Notes: generated by a model from the sequence alone, not told the origin. A DNA stretch of 41,748 bases from Terriglobia bacterium (GCA_049685715.1 JBAVHJ010000751.1:1-41748); one strand, 5' to 3'; shown: positions 1 to 9,515, counted from the first letter of the stretch. Translations and numbers: made by a program.

Positions 1-450
1 GTATTTGTAAAGCGGCTCATTGGGATGCCGGGTGACACCATTCAAGTGAAACAAAAACAGCTTTATGTGAACGGAAACCTGGTCCAGGAGCCGTGTGTCA
101 TCCATCGGGACTCCCAGATTTATCCCGACAGCGAATGGATCCCCCGTGAGGCGCGCATTCGCGACAATTTTGGCCCCGTCACCGTTCCACCTGATCATTA
201 CTTTGCTATGGGTGACAACCGTGATGAATCCTTGGACGGCCGCTACTGGGGTTTTGTGCCGAGAGAAAACATGGTGGGTGAACCCATCTTTATCTACTGG
301 TCGTTCGATGCGCCGACGGACGTATGGACGGCGACTGATATATCGGATCGGATTCGGGGAGATGCGGATATTCTCTACCATTTCTTTATCCGCACCCGTT
401 GGTCTCGGATGGGAAAGATTATTTCAAGCGGCTGTGGCGTACGGGACTAA
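1..450 (+). CDS. lepB: Signal peptidase I (S26 family), 5'-truncated by the window edge
   Basis: Frame 1 is open from base 1 (VFVKRLIG precedes the first Met). Motifs KRLIGMPGD and GDNRDESLDGRYWGFV match the conserved boxes of type I signal peptidases. Stop TAA at 448-450. Confidence 0.85.
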   Translation, partial: VFVKRLIGMPGDTIQVKQKQLYVNGNLVQEPCVIHRDSQIYPDSEWIPREARIRDNFGPVTVPPDHYFAMGDNRDESLDGRYWGFVPRENMVGEPIFIYWSFDAPTDVWTATDISDRIRGDADILYHFFIRTRWSRMGKIISSGCGVRD

Positions 451-552
451 TCTGGACTCGGACCATAGAATAGACCCAAACATTCCTCCTTAAGCGGCGC
501 AAAGTCCGCCGTCATCACTGCTCCCCGGGGCCTTGACTTTCGATCCATCTCT

Positions 553-1227
553 TCAACCCCCACTTTCAACCCCTGCGGCTTGTCGAGCGACAGCCTCCTT
601 CTGTCCCGTCGGACAAATATCGAGGAAAGGACAGATCAGGCATTTGGGCTTTCTCGCCTGACAGATCCTGCGTCCGTGCCAGATCAATTGATGTGAGAAT
701 GCAATCCACCGATCCCGGGGAATGATTCTCATCAAATCCAGCTCAATTTTCTTGGGATTTTTCTGCCGCGTCAGGCCCAAGCGCTGGGAGAGTCGTTCCA
801 CATGAGTGTCAACGACAACCCCACTGGCGATCCCGAAAGCTGTCCCCATAACCACATTGGCTGTTTTCCGGGCTACCCCCGGCAGGGTCAATAACTCCTC
901 CATCGTTCGTGGTACTTTGCCGTTAAATCGCTTGAGAATGATCCGGGATGCGGCGCGGATGTTCTTTGCCTTGTTGCGAAAAAATCCGGTCGAGCGGATT
1001 TCCTTCTCAAGGCTAGATTGTGAAACTCGGGCAAAATCGGCGGGGTTGCGATACTTTTTGAACAGGGATTGGGTCACGAGGTTCACGCGCTCATCGGTGC
1101 ATTGTGCGGAAAGGATTGTTGCCACCAGCAACTGGAAGGGATTTCTGTGCAGCAAGGCACATTCTGGGGTGGGATAGTGATGATCGAGCCGTCTAAATAA
1201 AATTTGAATTCGCTCTGTCTTTTCCAT
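553..1227 (-). CDS. nth: Endonuclease III (DNA glycosylase/AP lyase)
   Basis: Contains SAQCTD, the HhH motif LPGVARKTANVV, and the C-terminal 4Fe-4S ligand pattern C-x6-C-x2-C-x5-C (CQARKPKCLICPFLDIC). Start set at ATG 1227 (MEKTERIQIL...), which matches the usual Nth N-terminus. GTG 1254 is an alternative start. Confidence 0.9.
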   Translation of the reverse strand: MEKTERIQILFRRLDHHYPTPECALLHRNPFQLLVATILSAQCTDERVNLVTQSLFKKYRNPADFARVSQSSLEKEIRSTGFFRNKAKNIRAASRIILKRFNGKVPRTMEELLTLPGVARKTANVVMGTAFGIASGVVVDTHVERLSQRLGLTRQKNPKKIELDLMRIIPRDRWIAFSHQLIWHGRRICQARKPKCLICPFLDICPTGQKEAVARQAAGVESGG

Positions 1228-1402
1228 GAGGGTAAGAGGCTCTCTAAGCTTCACATGATTGACCAGGTAGGGTTTGCTTCAACTCGAAGATTTATGCAAA
1301 TCACCTGCTCTTAATGTCAGAGCGCTCGCATCCAATGGAGTCGTCCAGAGAATGGACCAGGCCCACGGCGAGAGCATCTGATTTCCGGAAACTGCTGCCC
1401 AT

Positions 1403-2581
1403 TCACTCAAACGCTGGAATCCCGGTGATTCTCTGCCCGATGATCAGGGTGTGGATGTCATGGGTCCCTTCATAGGTGTAAACGGATTCGAGATTGCTCA
1501 TGTGCCGAAAGATCGGATACTCGTCGGCAATCCCCTGGGCCCCCAGGATTTCACGGGCACGTCGGGCACATTCCAGTGCCATCCAGACGTTGTTCCGCTT
1601 GGCCATGGAGATGTGCGCAAAATCGGCTCGGCCCTTGTCCTTGAGTCGCCCCACCTGAAGGACCATTAATTGTCCCTTTGTGATCTCAGAAATCATCCAT
1701 ACCAGTTTCTCCTGGATGAGCTGGTGACTGGCGATGGGTTTGTCGGCAAACTGTTTACGGCCCAGGGCATATCGCAAGGCCGTGTCATAGCAATCCATGG
1801 CCGCTCCGATGGCTCCCCAGGCAATCCCGTAACGCGCCGCGGAGAGACACGAGAGAGGGGCCTTCAGGCCTTTCGCCTGAGGCAGGCGGTTCTCCACCGG
1901 AACCAGACAGTCCTGTAACAACAAGCCGCTTGTGACGCTGGCACGAAGTGAAAATTTTCCATGAATATCGTAGGCTGAAAATCCGGGACGGTTTTTTTCC
2001 ACCAGGAACCCGCCGATCTCGTCCCTTTCATCTTCGACTTTGGCCCACACCAGGGCCACGTCGGCGATACTGCCGCTGGTGATCCACAGTTTTTCTCCGT
2101 TCAAGACATAACCATCGCTCTTTTTTTTCGCCCGGGTGCGCATTCCGGAGGGATTGGAACCAAAATCCGGCTCGGTCAGACCGAAGCAGCCGATGGCCTT
2201 TCCGGACTGCAATTGGGGGAGCCAATGGGACTTTTGTTCATGGCTTCCGTAGGTGTAGATGGGGTACATGACCAAGGCGCCCTGCACACTGACAAAGCTC
2301 CGCAGGCCGCTATCGCCTCGTTCCAGTTCCTGCATGATGAGCCCATACTGAACGTCCGACATCCCCGCGCATCCGTACCCTTCCAGATTGGCGCCGAAGA
2401 ATCCGAGTTCCGCCATTTTCGGCACCAGCTCCAAGGGAAAGGTCGCATTGCGATTGTGTTCCGTGATGACCGGCAGCAGCTCGTTATCAACAAACTCGCG
2501 CACTGTCTTGCGGACTAACAGTTCCTCCTCTGAAAAAAGAGAATCAATCTCCATGAAGTCGACACCCTTGAATAAAGACAT
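1403..2581 (-). CDS. Acyl-CoA dehydrogenase, glutaryl-CoA dehydrogenase-like
   Basis: 392-aa ORF with ACAD motifs (GLTEPDFGSNPSGM, YEGTHDIHTLIIG). ATG 2581 is preceded by AAAGGAG 8 nt upstream. The ORF track starts at GTG 2587. Confidence 0.85.
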   Translation of the reverse strand: MSLFKGVDFMEIDSLFSEEELLVRKTVREFVDNELLPVITEHNRNATFPLELVPKMAELGFFGANLEGYGCAGMSDVQYGLIMQELERGDSGLRSFVSVQGALVMYPIYTYGSHEQKSHWLPQLQSGKAIGCFGLTEPDFGSNPSGMRTRAKKKSDGYVLNGEKLWITSGSIADVALVWAKVEDERDEIGGFLVEKNRPGFSAYDIHGKFSLRASVTSGLLLQDCLVPVENRLPQAKGLKAPLSCLSAARYGIAWGAIGAAMDCYDTALRYALGRKQFADKPIASHQLIQEKLVWMISEITKGQLMVLQVGRLKDKGRADFAHISMAKRNNVWMALECARRAREILGAQGIADEYPIFRHMSNLESVYTYEGTHDIHTLIIGQRITGIPAFE

Positions 2582-2955
2582 CGGCACACTCCTTTAGCGG
2601 TCCGTGAACGTGTAATCGAAGATGACTCTCGCCTGAATTCCGAAATTTGAACATTAGCGAGGGAATCAAATCGCCAGTCCGCTCCGAAAATGCAGTCTCC
2701 TACCGGGACCTTCCCGAAGAGGGAACACGTGCGTCCCAATTCGCATCGGAGCTCGCGTGGCCCTCTCATCGGCGAGCGAAATACCGGGGCACCCTCCCGC
2801 GTCAGTTCAGAAATCAGGTTACAATCGTGTGCTGAGTGTAGACTCAGCAGAACAAAATTTCAAATGACGGGTGACTCTTCCCATTACCACTGAAGGACCC
2901 CGCGTCCATGCTATAATTGCCCTCTTTCCTGAGTCCCAGGTTTGACCGAGAGAGG

Positions 2956-3507
2956 ATGATCCACTTGAGGAGGACCTTCAAATCGACCCTGGCAATTGCG
3001 TTGTGTGCATCGGCTATTCCAATGACGGGTCTACGAGGGTATTGCGGCAGCGACGGAATCGCCAGGGCGCCCTTTTCCCAGGCGGGCCGGTCTCGCATGA
3101 ACCCCGTACAGGTGCAAGGCGCCGTGGATGGTCACCGCGTCGTTCGAGGGAAGCCCTTTTCGGTTCGCCTGTATGTAAGGATTGAGAATGGCTATCACAT
3201 CAACTCCAATCGGCCAAGGGACAAGTTCTTGATTCCCACTCAGGTGATCTTAAAGAACACCTCCGATTTCACTTTCATGCCAGCTAAATTCCCTCCGGCC
3301 CTGGATCGCAAACTGGAATTTTCAGAGGATAAACTCCTCGTGTTTGAAGGAGAGGTACAGTTCGAAGTCCCCGCCCTTGGTAACAGAGAAGCTTCATTGG
3401 GGCATAGAACCATCTCCGGAAGTCTGAAGTATCAAGCCTGCGACGAGAGCACCTGCTATCCCCCCAAGACCATATCCTTTGAGATTGCAGTGGAGGTAGT
3501 CCAGTAA
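2956..3507 (+). CDS. Secreted protein resembling the DsbD/DsbC-type N-terminal thiol:disulfide interchange domain
   Basis: N-terminal signal-like segment (MIHLRRTFKSTLAIALCASAIP). The YHINSNRP and LKYQACDESTCYPP motifs are typical of the DsbD N-terminal domain family. An extended -10 (TGcTATAAT, 2909-2917) lies about 40 nt upstream. Confidence 0.55.
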   Translation: MIHLRRTFKSTLAIALCASAIPMTGLRGYCGSDGIARAPFSQAGRSRMNPVQVQGAVDGHRVVRGKPFSVRLYVRIENGYHINSNRPRDKFLIPTQVILKNTSDFTFMPAKFPPALDRKLEFSEDKLLVFEGEVQFEVPALGNREASLGHRTISGSLKYQACDESTCYPPKTISFEIAVEVVQ

Positions 3508-3570
3508 AGACTCCCGGTGTTCACGGGCCGCTGCGCTTGCGGGGTCGTGTTGAGGATCGGTCCCCCGGAT

Positions 3571-5130
3571 CTAAAACTTTTCCGCGACCGCTTTTGACTG
3601 CAGGAAGAGCAGCAAGTAGTCACGGCCCCCCGCCTTGGAATCCGTCCCGCTCATGTTGAATCCGCCAAACGGATGAACATCCACGAGCGCCCCGGTGCAT
3701 TTGCGGTTGATGTACAGATTCCCGACATGGAATTCAGTTCGGGCATACTCGATGTGCGAGCGATCCCGTGAGTAGAGCGCTCCGGTCAAGCCGTACTCCG
3801 TGTTATTGGCAATTTCCATGGCTTGTGAAAAATCCTTGGCGCGCAAAGCGGCGAGCACGGGACCAAAAATCTCTTCGCATGAGATTCGCGCCTTGGGATC
3901 CAGGTCTCCTATAACGGTCGGCTGGATGAAATACCCATTCCCCGCCTTTTCATCTCTGCCTCCCCCGATGAGAAGCTGTCCTTCCTTCTTTCCAATCTCG
4001 ATGTAATGCAGGATGGATTCATAAGCCGATTTGCTCACGACAGGGCCCATGTAATTTTTCTGATACCGGGTGGGCCCCACCGTTATTTTCCGGGTGCGCT
4101 CGAGGATTTTTTCCATCGTCGACTCGTACACCTTCTCCTCAATGATGACGCGGGAGCATGCCGAGCACTTCTGGCCCTGAAAGCCAAATCCCGAGGCCAC
4201 CACGCCCTCTGCCGCCGCGTCGAGATCCGCCGTCCGATCGACCACGATGGTGTCTTTCCCACCCATTTCCGCGACTACGCGTTTGATCCAGTTCTGTCCC
4301 GGAGATACTTTGGCGGCAAGTTCATTAATGCGCAGGCCAACGGCTTTTGATCCTGTGAACAAAATAAACCGGGTGCGTGGGTGGGACACCAGGAAATCGC
4401 CGATCTGCCCGCCGCTCCCAGGCAAGAAATTAAGCACACCCGGAGGCAACGAAACGCCTTGCATGAGTTCCGCGAACTTATAGGCAATGAGAGGAGACTC
4501 GCTGGAGGGCTTGAGCACTACACAGTTTCCTGCGACGATCGCGGCAGTGGCCATGCCGACGGTAATGGCCAAGGGAAAATTCCAGGGCGGGATGACTACT
4601 CCCACTCCGAGGGGGATATAGAACGCGTCATTGTGCTCATCCGGCACAGGAGAAGGAGTCAGCGGCTGGGGGAGACCATAGCGAATGGCTTCACGGGCGT
4701 AAAACTCGATGAAGTCAATGGCCTCGCTGACATCGGCATCCGCCTCGTACCAGCTTTTTCCGACCTCAAATACCATCCATGACATGAATTCCATCTTGCG
4801 ACGGCGCATTTCTGAGGCCGCCGCAAACAGGTAATTGGCTCGCCGGCGCGCTGGCAGTCGGGACCAGTCGTGAAATGCCTCCCAGGCTGCATCGATTGCT
4901 TTTTCAGCCAGGGCTGGGTTCGCCCGGTGAAACGAACCCAGAACCTGATCCTGTTGAGAGGGGTTGATTGAGGGCAGCAAGTCCCCCGTCTCGAATCGTT
5001 CGCCACCAATTACGATCGGATATTTTTGGCAAAACTGCTTTTCAACTGCCAAAAGGGCAGTTTCCATGGCAGCAACGTTCTGCTGGCTTGTGAAGTCAAT
5101 TAAAGGCTGATTCTTAAAGGGATGAAACAT
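3571..5130 (-). CDS. pruA: L-glutamate gamma-semialdehyde (1-pyrroline-5-carboxylate) dehydrogenase
   Basis: 519-aa aldehyde dehydrogenase family protein (EMGGKD, FGFQGQKCSACSR, PFGGFNMSGTDSKAGG) with the length and N-terminus typical of RocA/PruA. AAAGGA lies upstream of the ATG. Confidence 0.85.
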   Translation of the reverse strand: MFHPFKNQPLIDFTSQQNVAAMETALLAVEKQFCQKYPIVIGGERFETGDLLPSINPSQQDQVLGSFHRANPALAEKAIDAAWEAFHDWSRLPARRRANYLFAAASEMRRRKMEFMSWMVFEVGKSWYEADADVSEAIDFIEFYAREAIRYGLPQPLTPSPVPDEHNDAFYIPLGVGVVIPPWNFPLAITVGMATAAIVAGNCVVLKPSSESPLIAYKFAELMQGVSLPPGVLNFLPGSGGQIGDFLVSHPRTRFILFTGSKAVGLRINELAAKVSPGQNWIKRVVAEMGGKDTIVVDRTADLDAAAEGVVASGFGFQGQKCSACSRVIIEEKVYESTMEKILERTRKITVGPTRYQKNYMGPVVSKSAYESILHYIEIGKKEGQLLIGGGRDEKAGNGYFIQPTVIGDLDPKARISCEEIFGPVLAALRAKDFSQAMEIANNTEYGLTGALYSRDRSHIEYARTEFHVGNLYINRKCTGALVDVHPFGGFNMSGTDSKAGGRDYLLLFLQSKAVAEKF

Positions 5131-5730
5131 AGGATAGTCCTTTCAAGAGAGGCTATGATTGCGGGTTGAACGGTGCCTGTGGAGGAACAGTCTTCGACAC
5201 CTCAATTCCTGACTGAACGCGGACACCCAAGGCAGCATAAATATCCTACGCGATTTTGGCCGGACTGCCAAGCGGCCAAGTCGGAGGGCAAAAGCATCGC
5301 TTGTTGGGCTCTGCGGTTAATGAGGCGGAGGAAAGGGGGATTTGCCGGCCACGATTACTGCGCCCGATCCTTCTCGAGAGTCGAAGCATCGCTCATGTGG
5401 TCAAACCCACAGACCCGTTGCTGGCCAAATCCAGGTGACCCAGGCACTCTTATCTTGTTGAAATACTGCTCGAAAACTCACCTCGGTAGACGATTTCAGG
5501 GGCTTGTGAGATTCGAATTGTAAAATTTTGGTCCGGGTATATTTCCGATCCCTCCTCCTCACCCTTAATACAATGAAAAGGGAAGTAATCCCGAATCTCC
5601 GGGGTGGTCAGCCGGAAAATCCAAATCGGGGATGCTTCCAGGAATTATATCGGATAGGATTTTGACAGTTGATGGATCTGCTTTGAGATTTTTAAGACGG
5701 ATCACTGTCAAAAGAGAAAGGGGAGGAGTC

Positions 5731-5889
5731 GTGGAAACTGTGATTGAGTACAAAAACGAATACCATGGGCGGTTATACACCTGCCAGTACAAGATAGAAT
5801 ATCTTCAATTCCGGGGATGCTACACGATGACCCTTGTTCCGGAGAGCGTGCAGTGGGATGAACAAGAAGCGCCGACCCTGGAAATGTGA
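5731..5889 (+). CDS. Small hypothetical protein (52 aa), paralog of 6408-6635
   Basis: GTG start lies 4 nt after GGAGG (5722-5726). About 18 of 44 hand-aligned residues are identical to the downstream ORF. Several conserved residues use different synonymous codons in the two copies. Confidence 0.5.
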   Translation: METVIEYKNEYHGRLYTCQYKIEYLQFRGCYTMTLVPESVQWDEQEAPTLEM

Positions 5890-6407
5890 CTTCCCTCATT
5901 GGGATACGAAAACGCAGGATTTTGGGTATTCTTAACATTCCTTTTTTGCAGGCTGAATCTTTGTATGCCGCAGTCTGAGTTAGGACCACGGCTCCCGCAA
6001 GCGTTAACCTGATAGCCTCTCCCCGCACACAAAACTTTTTCTTACGCGACCACCCCATCTGTATCATTCAGAAGAACCAATGTCCGCCCACCTACCCCAT
6101 AGACTCCTGAGGGCGAGACGCTTTACGGGACCAGATGCTTGAACACGTGGGAAGAGGGCCAACGTCCAACGGGACGCAAATCTCCCCTTGCCTGCAAAGT
6201 GGACTTGCTAAGATGGATTGCCCGGGCTCCCCCGAACTTTCCCTCAAGGCACATAGTCAATCCTTTGCCTAATGCACTCAATAAGACGGATTTGGACGAG
6301 GGTAAGAGTCTTGTGTGCCCATGACCCCCGGCGTCTGCAAGGAACACTAGCCTACGTTGTTATTTCGACAAATTCTAAGGGTATCCTCCAATAAGAACGG
6401 AGGACCC

Positions 6408-6635
6408 ATGGAGAGCATCATTGAGTTCAAAAGCTCACTCGATGGGCGATCCTATTCCTGCCAGTACAGGCGAATGTATTCCGAATCCGTTGGTTGCGAT
6501 ATCCTCACTATGGTCCCTGGAAGTCTTCGGTGGGAATCCCTATCCTCGGAAGAAAATCCTCATCCCGATTCAGGACAGGCCATATACGAGCGATTCTCAC
6601 GCCGTGTTTCGATCGAAGCCAGCCCGATGGAATAA
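6408..6635 (+). CDS. Small hypothetical protein (75 aa), paralog of 5731-5889
   Basis: ATG lies 4 nt after GGAGG (6399-6403). Shares the core [IV]IE[YF]K-x4-GR-x-Y-x-CQY-x3-Y-x4-GC-x5-VP-x-S-x2-W with the upstream ORF. Confidence 0.55.
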   Translation: MESIIEFKSSLDGRSYSCQYRRMYSESVGCDILTMVPGSLRWESLSSEENPHPDSGQAIYERFSRRVSIEASPME

Positions 6636-6757
6636 CAGGGATTAGGCAATTCAACACAAAGTTCATTGGATCTCCGCGTCCATCACTTTGATCAAGCGTC
6701 CAATGCTTGAGATCGAAGAGAAGGATGATGAACTGGGATCCTCACTCGGAGCCCTCC

Positions 6758-7960
6758 TTAATTCGGCTCCTCGACCCGTGGCCTGAGGCCCAGCGCGGCT
6801 TCCATCATCGCCCGAAAAATCTGTCGTTTCAGGCGGCGTTTCAAGTTGATGTAGTCCTGGTCTTCGAATAGTTGAGTCAAGATGGAATGGATACTCCGCG
6901 AAGCACGGGCGAATTGAATCATGCGCGTGGTGAACTCCCCTCCCCAGAAATGTCCCGTGTAGAATGTGGGCATCAATTGAGCCGCCCGTTGATGATTAAT
7001 TCCGAAATCCTCCCGCACCCTGACCGGGTATTGATCGATTCGGCCTTCCAAGAGAGACTGAACGAGAAGTTCCGCTGAGCGAATTGCAAAATAAATACCT
7101 TCCCCTGTGATGGGATCCACCAGCCCTGCCGCGTCGCCGATCAGCGCCCAGTTCGGACCCGCTATTTTCATCCGGCGAATCGTATCGAGTTCCGGCGTCG
7201 GAATCAGCGCAGAGTAGAAATAGGTGTCGCTGGGAATATCGTTTCCGTATATTTCTTGCGCAAAGTGCCGCAGCATTGATTTCAGTTCATCGGCACTGTG
7301 ATCTGAAAGTTTGGAGCAAATACCAAGTGAAAGATGGTCGCTTCGAGGGAAAGTCCATATGTAGCCCTTAAACTGTTTAAGGAATTTGATCCGGATGAAA
7401 TCTTCGCAGACGGGGAGGTGGTAACCCATCGCGGAGCTGTAGTCCAAATGGGTGAAATTATGAGCCAAGTTATCAGCCATAGAGCTCTTTGCCCCGTTGG
7501 CGATCACGACAAAGTCAGCCTCAAATGTTCCCTGGGTGCTGTGCAAGATCCAGGGGGCCATGGACTTGCCGGAGGACCCATTCAGACCCTCACCGGTTCC
7601 CTTTGATTCGAGGGCCTTAATGTGAGTTGACACGAGGCACGCGCCATGGGAGAGCGCCCTCTTGAGCATGAGTTCATTCAACGCTTTGCGCGAATAGATA
7701 AAGAGGGGAACGCGGAGGGGGAGATGGATGCTTCGCCCTTCATGATCAAGGAGTTCGATGTGCCGGATCGATTTCTTCTCCGCCTTGGCATCCAGTAGAA
7801 AGGGATAGCGTTGAATCCCCTTGGCGGTGACTCCGCCGCCACAGGGTTTCTCCCAAGCTCCGCCTTTTCGCTCAAAGAGCGCAACCTCGTGGCCCGCCTC
7901 GGCCAACAGCGAGGACGCCATAGCGCCGGCCGGTCCAGCTCCCACCACAGCGATCTTCAT
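6758..7960 (-). CDS. FAD-dependent oxidoreductase, geranylgeranyl reductase family
   Basis: N-terminal dinucleotide-binding motif MKIAVVGAGPAGA, EKPCGGGV, and LIGDAAGLVDPITGEGI, all typical of geranylgeranyl reductase-type flavoproteins. Confidence 0.8.
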   Translation of the reverse strand: MKIAVVGAGPAGAMASSLLAEAGHEVALFERKGGAWEKPCGGGVTAKGIQRYPFLLDAKAEKKSIRHIELLDHEGRSIHLPLRVPLFIYSRKALNELMLKRALSHGACLVSTHIKALESKGTGEGLNGSSGKSMAPWILHSTQGTFEADFVVIANGAKSSMADNLAHNFTHLDYSSAMGYHLPVCEDFIRIKFLKQFKGYIWTFPRSDHLSLGICSKLSDHSADELKSMLRHFAQEIYGNDIPSDTYFYSALIPTPELDTIRRMKIAGPNWALIGDAAGLVDPITGEGIYFAIRSAELLVQSLLEGRIDQYPVRVREDFGINHQRAAQLMPTFYTGHFWGGEFTTRMIQFARASRSIHSILTQLFEDQDYINLKRRLKRQIFRAMMEAALGLRPRVEEPN

Positions 7961-8074
7961 TTTTGAAATTGTAGTAACCTCATCTCAACTCTCAAACCGG
8001 TTCCGAATCAATTCCCAATTCGAGGACACCAGAGGAGTGCATGATGACTTCGTTCGGGACCTCTGCGTTGAAAT

Positions 8075-9412
8075 TCATGGCTTTACTCCGGGGGGAGTTG
8101 GAATAGCCCGGGAGGTGGGATAAGCAATCGCCAATTCCGGATGTCCGGCGAGTGCTTTGAGTATGGCCCGGTTCATGGCGTCACGCATCTTGTTGCGTTC
8201 GTGAACCCGTGTAAAATAAACAAAACGAACCTCGACGCCGCTTTCAGCGATGCGCGTGTAAACAGCCGGCATCGAGGGACTCACTCCGGCCCCCCAGTGT
8301 GTAAGAGATTCTTCCTGCGGGATTAGTTCCCGAACTTCCTGGTCGCCGCTGAAGAATTCATTTATGACACTTCGAGCAGCCGCCCGCATCAGCTCCACCG
8401 CCGATTCCCAGTCGGTTTCGAAAGTGAATGTCAACCGGATCTCATCGTTGATGAAGGGTTGGGGCTTGGTATAGTTGAAGAAATAGTTCTTAAACACGAA
8501 GCTGTTCGGGATGAAAACACGGCGGCCCGTGGGGACCTCGTTGGTGATCCAGTTGCCAACCTCCAGGACGACGAGCCGGAGCACGCCGATATCGACCACG
8601 TCTCCCTTCACGCCGGAGACTTCGATCCGGTCGCCGATGGAGAGGCCCCGGCGTCCGATGATGAAGAACCACGCCACGAAGCTGACGATCACATCCTGTA
8701 AAGCAATGGCGATCCCGGCGCCGGTCAGCCCTAGAAATGATGAGAATGAGCCCAGGTCTCCAAAGAGCGTGTAGAGGAAGATAATCGTAATAATCAGGCG
8801 GCTGGAATAAGTAATGAGCTTGTGGATATAAAACCGATCTTGGTCTTGTGTGACGATGCGTTCGGGGATACGGCGGAGGAGGCGTGCCAGGATCCAGATA
8901 ATGAATGCAAAGATCAGAAAGAGGAGAATCCTCCGGGCCAGAGCCAGCAGAATTGAATTGCGCTGGGCGCTTACTTCTTCGATGTCGTCTTCGGTCTGGG
9001 TAAGCCTTTTACTTGAATCGTTCAGCCGGGATTGCTCTGAGGCGAGTTTCTTTTCGAGCTGGCCGCGCCTGGGGTTCTCCTCGCCGGTTTTGCTTACGGC
9101 GGGGGTGGCTTGAATTCGAGTGGTGAGGTCATCTACCTCCGCCTGAAGTTTTTCGATTTCCGATTCAAGACTGGATCGCTCCTGACGCAGCTTGACCAGC
9201 TGCTGTTGATCCTGCCAAAGGTGTTGTAACATCTCCACTACGGAATTCGGCGCCGCCAAGGAATCGGCGCCACGTCGTGTGCTGCTTTCGGGTGACAACG
9301 GAGTGGAAGTAAACGAAAGGCCGTTCAGTTGGAGAGAAAACGACAGCAGCCCGTAACAGAGGAGAGCTCCATACCGGATCCGCCAGCCGCGTGCCTTCTT
9401 GTGCATTTCCAC
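8075..9412 (-). CDS. Mechanosensitive ion channel (MscS family) with an N-terminal coiled-coil extension
   Basis: TM helices are followed by the MscS beta-domain signature (IGDRIEVSGVKGDVVDIGVLRLVVLE...GRRVFIPNS). The ORF begins at GTG 9412, and ATG 9406 is an alternative start. Confidence 0.85.
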   Translation of the reverse strand: MEMHKKARGWRIRYGALLCYGLLSFSLQLNGLSFTSTPLSPESSTRRGADSLAAPNSVVEMLQHLWQDQQQLVKLRQERSSLESEIEKLQAEVDDLTTRIQATPAVSKTGEENPRRGQLEKKLASEQSRLNDSSKRLTQTEDDIEEVSAQRNSILLALARRILLFLIFAFIIWILARLLRRIPERIVTQDQDRFYIHKLITYSSRLIITIIFLYTLFGDLGSFSSFLGLTGAGIAIALQDVIVSFVAWFFIIGRRGLSIGDRIEVSGVKGDVVDIGVLRLVVLEVGNWITNEVPTGRRVFIPNSFVFKNYFFNYTKPQPFINDEIRLTFTFETDWESAVELMRAAARSVINEFFSGDQEVRELIPQEESLTHWGAGVSPSMPAVYTRIAESGVEVRFVYFTRVHERNKMRDAMNRAILKALAGHPELAIAYPTSRAIPTPPGVKP

Positions 9413-9515
9413 GGGACACCTGAGTCGAGATAGTTATAGAGGCCACTCGAATTATAGGGACGCAAGGAGGAAATATATATCAGTATTTATGTTCGGAGAA
9501 GGAGGAAGTCTGAAC

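Noticed and set aside
5173-5523. 116-aa plus-strand ORF in the pruA upstream gap.
   Set aside because: It has no Shine-Dalgarno sequence and a GTG start chosen only by the track. Its composition is Trp/Cys/Arg-rich and implausible, with no recognisable motif. I treat the region as non-coding.
6150-6200. GGGACGCAAA (6171-6180), reminiscent of the conserved GACGCAAAG core of c-di-GMP-I (GEMM) riboswitches.
   Set aside because: The flanking sequence does not form the GNRA-capped P1a hairpin or the GGCAAACC element, and no gene follows in the right orientation.
5693-6291. Shared 10-mer TAAGACGGAT upstream of both small ORFs (5693-5702 and 6282-6291), considered as a common regulatory site.
   Set aside because: The two copies lie at very different distances from the starts (about 30 vs about 117 nt). 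Roughly one chance 10-mer match is expected within a 1.6-kb region, so this is not significant.
5731-6635. Possible relationship of the small paralogs to HicB-like antitoxin N-terminal domains or KTSC domains (patterns G.Y...GC and VPES).
   Set aside because: The resemblance is limited to a few residues with different spacing. There is no HicA-like or other toxin partner nearby. It cannot be supported without a profile search.
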